Shown: positions 45,018-50,793 of the stretch, in pieces
Position numbering within the stretch: the first letter of the stretch is position 1
Layout of the letters: every line of letters begins with the position of its first letter
Program-made: the position numbers and the translations under genes
The notes under the pieces: model-generated
Database searches by the model: none
The model's input: only the letters and a program-made list of their open reading frames with translations
Told to the model about the DNA's origin: nothing
From: Candidatus Gastranaerophilales bacterium
GTDB lineage: Bacteria; Cyanobacteriota; Vampirovibrionia; Gastranaerophilales; Gastranaerophilaceae
Reading direction: 5' to 3'
Length of the DNA: 50,793 bases
Assembly (NCBI GenBank): GCA_944322955.1
Contig: CALUQQ010000055.1
Span: 1 to 50,793, forward strand

Positions 45018-45856
45018 AAAAACTTTTAGGTAAAATCACGACACATGCGATATTAATATTGATATGTATTTTATCAATATTTCCTTTTATATGGCTTATA
45101 TCAACCTCATTAAAAGGAGCCGGCGAGAACATTTTTGCATATCCGCCGGTTATGATACCTCATGATTTCACCTTTGCAAACTACATTGGGGTCTGGCAAA
45201 GGGTAAACCTGCTGGGATATTTTATAAACAGCATGGTAGTTGCAGCAGGAACGGTTATTTTAAATTTAATTTTATCCTCGCTCGCGGCTTATCCGCTTGC
45301 AAGAATGGAATTTAAAGGTAAAAAAATAACTTTTTTTGCCATACTCGCAACAATTATGATTCCGTTTCAGGCAATAATGCTTCCGGTTTATTTAATCACG
45401 ATAAAATTACATTTAACTGACAATGTAAATGACGCAGCCGGAATTATGGGACTTATTCTGCCTTTTGCAGTGAGCGCATTCGGAATATTTTTAATGCGTC
45501 AGGCATTTTTGGGAATCCCCAGAGAAATGGAAGAAGCCGCAATTGTCGACGGTTGTAATATTTTTCAAGTATTTTGGCGGGTATTGCTGCCTATGGTTAA
45601 ACCGTCGCTGGCAGTGCTTGCTATATTTACTTTTATCGGTTCTTGGGGCGAATTTTTATGGCCGAGCATTGTTCTGACAAAAGAAAGTTTATATACACTA
45701 CCCGTCGGAGTTAACAACTTACAAGGAATGTTTAGTTCCAATTGGAGATATATTGCAGCAGGATCAATAATATCAATTATACCTATAATTATATTCTTTT
45801 TAGCGATGCAAAGATATTTTATATCAGGTGAAAACGAAGGCGCAGTTAAGGGTTAA
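45014..45856 (+). CDS. Carbohydrate-type ABC transporter permease (MalG/UgpE-like)
   Basis: EAA loop EEAAIVDGCNIFQVFWRVLLPMVKP; 4-nt overlap with the previous permease. Confidence 0.88.
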   Translation: MKKLLGKITTHAILILICILSIFPFIWLISTSLKGAGENIFAYPPVMIPHDFTFANYIGVWQRVNLLGYFINSMVVAAGTVILNLILSSLAAYPLARMEFKGKKITFFAILATIMIPFQAIMLPVYLITIKLHLTDNVNDAAGIMGLILPFAVSAFGIFLMRQAFLGIPREMEEAAIVDGCNIFQVFWRVLLPMVKPSLAVLAIFTFIGSWGEFLWPSIVLTKESLYTLPVGVNNLQGMFSSNWRYIAAGSIISIIPIIIFFLAMQRYFISGENEGAVKG

Positions 45857-46899
45857 TCTTCATCGAGAAAAATTTCACGGGAGCCGCAAGTCCTAAAATT
45901 TTTCAACATAGCTTTATCAAGCGCTTCAGATGCAACTATTTTTCCGTTAACATAAGTCACAGCAGGATATTGAATTTTTTCATCGTCAATCTTATCCACC
46001 ATATAATCATCATCCCTGTCGTACAAAATAGTCCGCGTAACCTCGTTCATAACATCAAAAACATATCTTTGTCGGGCTGAATTTCCTTGACTGTCAGTTA
46101 TTAGCATAGTTGCTTTTTCAAGTTCATCCAATGATTCACGATAATATTTAAGATGCCTCAACAAAATTGCAAGGTTATAATGAGCTTCATAATTCATGGG
46201 CGCAATTTGAATAGCCTTGCAATAAGTTAATCCGGCATTATTGTAATCTCCGTATAAATGATATGCTAAAGCAAGATTATAGCGTGCATCATAATCTTTT
46301 TTCAGTATCTTAACAGCATTTTTATAAGCCTCAATGGCCTTTTTGAGATACTGATTATAAAGCATTCTGTCATCGCCCGAATATAATGACTTTTGACGAT
46401 AAGCAACACCCATATTATAATAAGCAATGCCTTTATTTTCTTTGTAACTTTTTCTGTTACTGTAAATAAAAGGTATCGAAATTAAATGACGCTTTGTTTT
46501 GATAATTTCATTATACTGGTCAATAGCACCGTCAAAATCGCCTAACTTTTCGGCGGAAACAATTCCGTAATTCATACGCGCTATCATCATTTTAGGATTA
46601 TACGTAAATGCTTGCTCATAAGCATCCACAGCCGAGTAATAATCCTCGTATACAACATAAATATTCCCGAGATTAAACCAGGCGCTATAGTGCTCCGGAT
46701 AAAGTTTTAAAGCTCTGTTATAATAATCTATTGCCTTTTGAAGCTTTAATCTTGTAAATGCCTTGTCACCTTTATGGATATAATACATGCTCCATAATTT
46801 ATCATACTGCTTTAAAAACCACGCCTGATTTAAGTAAGCTACGCCAGCCGCTGCCAAAAAAATTATAAAAAGTAAAAGTTTATAAAGTTTTATCTTCAT
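45853..46899 (-). CDS. TPR-repeat protein with an N-terminal membrane anchor
   Basis: Repeated A..Y..AL...P....A..NLG.. units; start taken at MKIKLYKLLLF. Confidence 0.75.
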   Translation of the reverse strand: MKIKLYKLLLFIIFLAAAGVAYLNQAWFLKQYDKLWSMYYIHKGDKAFTRLKLQKAIDYYNRALKLYPEHYSAWFNLGNIYVVYEDYYSAVDAYEQAFTYNPKMMIARMNYGIVSAEKLGDFDGAIDQYNEIIKTKRHLISIPFIYSNRKSYKENKGIAYYNMGVAYRQKSLYSGDDRMLYNQYLKKAIEAYKNAVKILKKDYDARYNLALAYHLYGDYNNAGLTYCKAIQIAPMNYEAHYNLAILLRHLKYYRESLDELEKATMLITDSQGNSARQRYVFDVMNEVTRTILYDRDDDYMVDKIDDEKIQYPAVTYVNGKIVASEALDKAMLKNFRTCGSREIFLDED

Positions 46900-47064
46900 C
46901 AATTTAAATAATACTCTCAAACGCTGATTGTGGCAAATATGTAAAACTTTTGAATAAAATATTAACAAATATTAAGAAAAAACAATTAATAAAGCAATTT
47001 AAAACACAACAAATTGTTTATATAAGTAAGGAAGGTTAGAAAACTTAATTTGGAGGTTAGTATT

Positions 47065-47817
47065 ATGTCCAATGTAGGTGCAATAAACGGAATGTTTCCG
47101 ATGATGTACAACAGTTATACAAATTATGCAGGTTTAAGCGGCTTGTATGACATGGACTCAAGCATATTCAACCCGATAATGCCGTTTATGCCGGTATTTC
47201 AAGGTGGGATGAATTACGATTACTATTTCAATAACATGAAAAATTATCTTAATTTCACATCCGACTACAATTTACAAATGGTTGAAAATCAACGCCGTAA
47301 TGATTTAAGGATAAACGCTGCAGACGAAGCAATCCGAAATGCAGCGGCAATATTAAACGAAAAAATAGTTGCAAACGAACAACAGCAAATTCAAGGTGCA
47401 TATCAAGCATACATTGATGCAGTAGCAGCAAAATACCCGAACGAAGAAGAACGCAATATTATTGCTCGTGCAAAAACAAATTATCAGCAGATATACGGTG
47501 CGTCCATTAATGATGAAATAAGAAAATACGGCCACGATTCATTTACTCACGGTCTATTCAAGAGTTTAACATTTGGAATATACAATTCAACAACTCCTGA
47601 AGAAAACATTTCAAAAATATCAGGCCAGCCTGTAAGCCGCTGGGAACAGTATAAGGAAATAGGCGGACTTGCAACAGGCGGAGCCGCAATAGCGGGAGGC
47701 GGTCTATTGATTGCCAAGAATCTCGGATGGCTGGCAAAAATTCCAAAACTGGGATGGCTTTACACAGGCATTATAGGCGCAAGCGCCGCAGCAGCAGCAA
47801 TATTCGGAAGAAAATAA
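47065..47817 (+). CDS. Hypothetical protein with a Gly/Ala-rich C-terminal membrane segment
   Basis: GGAGG SD 8 nt before the ATG at 47065; C-terminal GGLATGGAAIAGGGLLIA...GIIGASAAAAAIFG. Confidence 0.6.
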   Translation: MSNVGAINGMFPMMYNSYTNYAGLSGLYDMDSSIFNPIMPFMPVFQGGMNYDYYFNNMKNYLNFTSDYNLQMVENQRRNDLRINAADEAIRNAAAILNEKIVANEQQQIQGAYQAYIDAVAAKYPNEEERNIIARAKTNYQQIYGASINDEIRKYGHDSFTHGLFKSLTFGIYNSTTPEENISKISGQPVSRWEQYKEIGGLATGGAAIAGGGLLIAKNLGWLAKIPKLGWLYTGIIGASAAAAAIFGRK

Positions 47818-47858
47818 AATTGACCCCTTAAAGTAAATTGTGTGTATATAGTGTGTAG

Positions 47859-47885
47859 CAGGCCGCAAAACGGCCTGTTTTTTTA
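47859..47885 (+). terminator. Rho-independent terminator
   Basis: CAGGCCG-caaaa-CGGCCTG followed by a T-run. Confidence 0.85.
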
Positions 47886-48013
47886 TAAAGAATTCCTGCA
47901 GCAAGGAGTAAGCTGCAGGAACTATATCAGTAAAAGAGACATCAACAATATTATGAATTACGTTTTTTTAAAGTCAAATTGATGAGAGAAATTTTTTAGT
48001 ATATAATTTTGTT

Positions 48014-48583
48014 ATGAAAAAGATAGCGGCAATTTTAACAATACTTATATTAGGATGCTTATCGGCTTTTGCAGATGAACTTAACGACAAAATCAACATT
48101 TTATATGCAGAAAATAATATAAAAGACGCATTCAATCTGCTCTTAAGCATACCTGAAGATCAAAGAACAGCCCAGAATTGGCTTTTAATGGGCAACATAT
48201 TACAGGATGAAGGCAAGGATAATGAAGCTGAATTTATGTATAACCGCGCAATAGCGACTGATGAAAAATATTACAAAGCCTATTACAATCTCGGTAATAT
48301 TTATATGCTGCAAGACAAACCCAATATGGCAATTCAATCATATAAAAAAGCCGTAAAATACAATCCTGATTTTGCATACGGATACTATAATCTTGGCTGC
48401 GCATATCTGAAAGCAGGAAAAACAAAATCCGCCAAATGGGAGTTTTACAAAGCGATTGATTTAAATAATCAGGTAGCGGATTTTCATTACAACCTTGCCT
48501 ACACATTCAAAAAATTAAACAAAGAAAAACAGGCAAAAACTTATCTGGAATATTATAACAAATTAATAGAACGGGGACAGTAA
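48014..48583 (+). CDS. TPR-repeat lipoprotein
   Basis: Lipobox-like LILGC followed by TPR units. Confidence 0.75.
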   Translation: MKKIAAILTILILGCLSAFADELNDKINILYAENNIKDAFNLLLSIPEDQRTAQNWLLMGNILQDEGKDNEAEFMYNRAIATDEKYYKAYYNLGNIYMLQDKPNMAIQSYKKAVKYNPDFAYGYYNLGCAYLKAGKTKSAKWEFYKAIDLNNQVADFHYNLAYTFKKLNKEKQAKTYLEYYNKLIERGQ

Positions 48584-49254
48584 TGCGCGGCATTATATTT
48601 GATTTTAACGGGACATTATTCTGGGATTCACAGCTGCACCTTGATGCATGGAAAGAATATTCCAAAAGACTTCGAGGGACACCCTTTTCGGAAGAAGAAA
48701 TGCTGCAATTCATGTTTGGCAGGACAAATGAAGACATAATAGAATACGCTATAGGCAAAAAGCCTGACAAAAAGCTAGTTGAAAAATTTGCACAGGAAAA
48801 AGAAGCAGAATACAGAAGAATGTGCCTTGCCAGGCCGACAGATATGAAACTTGCGCCGCACGCAGTTGAATTCTTGGACTTTTTAAAAGAGAATGCCATC
48901 CCAATGACTATTGCAACAATGTCAGAATGGTGTAATGTGGAATTTTACATAAAAGAATTTAAACTAAAAAAATGGTTTGATGTAGATCAAATTGTTTATT
49001 CTGACGGAAAAATTCCGGGTAAACCTGCACCGGACATTTACCTGATAGCTGCAAAAAATCTCGGACTTGAGCCAAAAGATTGTGTAGTAATTGAAGATGC
49101 TCTTTCAGGAATTCAGTCTGCAAAAAACGCCGGCATCGGGGAAATTATTGCAATTGCCTCAAGAGAACCCGTCGAATTTTACAAAAATGTTCGCGGAATC
49201 TCACAAATTATTACGGATTTTGGTCAAATTGACAAAAAAATGTTCAAAATATAA
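48583..49254 (+). CDS. HAD-superfamily hydrolase (beta-phosphoglucomutase-like subfamily)
   Basis: IIFDFNGTL motif I, KPAPDIY, IEDALSGIQSAKNAG. Confidence 0.8.
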   Translation: MRGIIFDFNGTLFWDSQLHLDAWKEYSKRLRGTPFSEEEMLQFMFGRTNEDIIEYAIGKKPDKKLVEKFAQEKEAEYRRMCLARPTDMKLAPHAVEFLDFLKENAIPMTIATMSEWCNVEFYIKEFKLKKWFDVDQIVYSDGKIPGKPAPDIYLIAAKNLGLEPKDCVVIEDALSGIQSAKNAGIGEIIAIASREPVEFYKNVRGISQIITDFGQIDKKMFKI

Positions 49255-49316
49255 ATATTTGTAAATTTTTTAGCAAAAAAACTCAATCAGAAATTTTTTA
49301 ATAACGAGAAAAAACT

Positions 49317-49847
49317 ATGAAAATACATTCAGTATCCCCCATAAAATTCAATCAAAGAGTGGCAAATTCTCTTGAAAAATTTTCGGAACAAGGCGGTGAA
49401 AAGATTGCCAATTACATAAACGCTGCCGGGAAATTTGCCATAGCGCCGCTTATGATTTTGTACAATCCATTTACAAAAGAACCCAAAGAAAACAAAAAAT
49501 GGGCGGCAATAAAACAACCGGTTGAAGCTGTTATTACAATTGCAGCGCAGATAATGTCATTGAATCTTCTATACAAAGGCATAGATAAACTTGCCCAAAA
49601 GGGTAAACTCAATTTCAAACTTGTTCAGGACGCAATAAAAGGCGGAGAAATCCCGAAAGCAGTTATGCAAGCCTCAGGTGGCGACCGTGCAAAAGCGATT
49701 AAAAATTTACAAAAAACGTGTCTAGATATATTCAAAGACCGTGCAGGAACCATTCTGACAATAGCCTTATTTGTCCCTGTTCTTGCAATATCAAACAGAA
49801 TATTCCCAGTCATAGCAGACTTATTAACAAAGGACAACGATGATTAA
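49317..49847 (+). CDS. Hypothetical membrane protein, paralogue 1
   Basis: 176-aa ORF that shares blocks with the next ORF. Confidence 0.55.
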   Translation: MKIHSVSPIKFNQRVANSLEKFSEQGGEKIANYINAAGKFAIAPLMILYNPFTKEPKENKKWAAIKQPVEAVITIAAQIMSLNLLYKGIDKLAQKGKLNFKLVQDAIKGGEIPKAVMQASGGDRAKAIKNLQKTCLDIFKDRAGTILTIALFVPVLAISNRIFPVIADLLTKDNDD

Positions 49848-50394
49848 ACCGATAACACAATCCAAAATTTTCAACAATCATCTGAAACGCGTAATATCAG
49901 ACGATGCCTTTGCAGCGAAAGCAATAGTAGTCTGCTCTGTAATGAAGGATGTATTCGCCTATTCAGTAAGATACAAAACCACAATGGAAAACAAAAAAAT
50001 TCCGGAAAAACGGCGGCCATTTGTTGCGGCAATGGATTTAGCATCAGGGATTGTAACCGCAATTGCGCAGATTGCAGTCGGATTTTCCATAGCAAATCCG
50101 AAACTTCAAAATGCACTGTGGAACAAAATGTTCAAAAATGCCCAATTTAAACACATAGACGCAGCTAAAAAAAGCTTTGCCACAATACTTGCTCTGATAG
50201 GATCAGGAGTAATAACCGAAAGAATTATTGTACCGCTTATGGCTACACCTTTTGCAGCATTTATGGAAAGGAAATTTTTCAAACATATACCTCAGGACAC
50301 AAACAACAAAAAATTCAGCAACTATCCTTTTAGCACACCAGCAAAGAATTCAGTATTCAAAAATTTTATATCTTTTCGTACAAACAAGATTTAG
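49840..50394 (+). CDS. Hypothetical membrane protein, paralogue 2
   Basis: 184-aa ORF; 8-nt overlap with the previous ORF. Confidence 0.55.
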   Translation: MIKPITQSKIFNNHLKRVISDDAFAAKAIVVCSVMKDVFAYSVRYKTTMENKKIPEKRRPFVAAMDLASGIVTAIAQIAVGFSIANPKLQNALWNKMFKNAQFKHIDAAKKSFATILALIGSGVITERIIVPLMATPFAAFMERKFFKHIPQDTNNKKFSNYPFSTPAKNSVFKNFISFRTNKI

Positions 50395-50635
50395 GAGTCA
50401 GCTAAAATTTCATATTTGACAACCTAATAAACACCTTGTTTTGCTTGCAAAACTCGGGTGAGAATACCTCAGGCGCATTAAAAAAGCCTCCAAAGAGGCT
50501 TAATTGTTAAATGGGGCGGATAGTGGGATGATTCCCGAACCAAAATTCGAGATATTTTCAATTATTGATACAGATGAATGTCGGATTATTTATATAAGAA
50601 TTGAGAAACTTTTAGCAGTTTAATATATTTTAGAC

Positions 50636-50664
50636 TTGACTTATTGTATCTTTTTCGATACAAT
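50636..50664 (+). promoter_or_regulatory. Promoter TTGACT-17-TACAAT overlapped by the palindrome ATTGTATC-n6-GATACAAT
   Basis: Read directly; ends 6 nt before the ATG at 50671. Confidence 0.6.
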
Positions 50665-50670
50665 AGAAGT

Positions 50671-50793
50671 ATGAAAGAAATAATTTATTATAAGACTTAT
50701 GATAATAAATGCCCTTATCTTGATTGGTATAATTCATTAGATAAAAGCGTTAGATTAATAATTGACAGAAGAATAGACCGCATAAGATTAGGG
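50671..50793 (+). CDS. RelE/ParE-superfamily 'addiction module killer' toxin (HigB-like), 5' partial at the window edge
   Basis: MKEIIYYKTYDNKCPYLDWYNSLDKSVRLIIDRRIDRIRLG matches the remembered pattern Y.T..G..P...W...L......I..R..RL..G of that family. Confidence 0.65.
   Translation, partial: MKEIIYYKTYDNKCPYLDWYNSLDKSVRLIIDRRIDRIRLG

Noticed and set aside
47893-47921. Perfect 10-bp hairpin TTCCTGCAGC-aaggagtaa-GCTGCAGGAA with an SD-like loop
   Set aside because: No U-tail, no ORF start at a suitable distance and a single occurrence. It may be a secondary terminator element after 47859-47885.

Overview
Visibly AT-rich bacterial chromosomal segment with standard-code ORFs and mostly housekeeping genes. 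Replication: polA, dnaE, dnaX. Proteostasis: tig-clpP-clpX. Translation and RNA modification: aspS, obg, tsaD, trmL, tlyA, and one tRNA-Gly(GCC). Cell-wall turnover: PBP4-like dacB, anmK, ldcA, ddh. Riboflavin/FAD: ribD, ribF. There is also a small glycosyltransferase / oxidoreductase / CDP-alcohol transferase cluster, an NfeD-SPFH pair, an SLH-domain envelope protein, two sugar-type ABC permeases and three scattered prepilin-like genes. I saw no rRNA, convincing CRISPR array, cas gene, transposase, integrase or prophage. The SLH protein and the 'AFTLAEVLITLGIIGVVAAMTIPTL' pilin N-termini suggest a diderm, low-GC, possibly Melainabacteria-like lineage, but that is inference only. Four things stand out. 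(1) A multi-copy 5' gene-start cassette on the minus strand (promoter, SD, ATG, 8-10 codons, TCG9 tract) occurs three times. Each copy is exactly one G short of an open frame, one sits at the head of a prepilin gene and one heads a pilin operon. Degenerate relics and REP/MITE-like modules of the same family lie in two more intergenic regions. (2) At least 12 genes, including dnaE and dnaX, have a -10 hexamer (often TGcTAnnnT) exactly 6-8 nt upstream of an ATG with no Shine-Dalgarno, which suggests widespread leaderless mRNAs. (3) A translationally coupled pair of HTH-WYL (PafB/PafC-like) regulators lies directly upstream of dnaE. (4) A RelE/HigB-type toxin start with an operator palindrome lies at the right edge. 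All functional calls rest on motif recognition by eye; no database search was possible.
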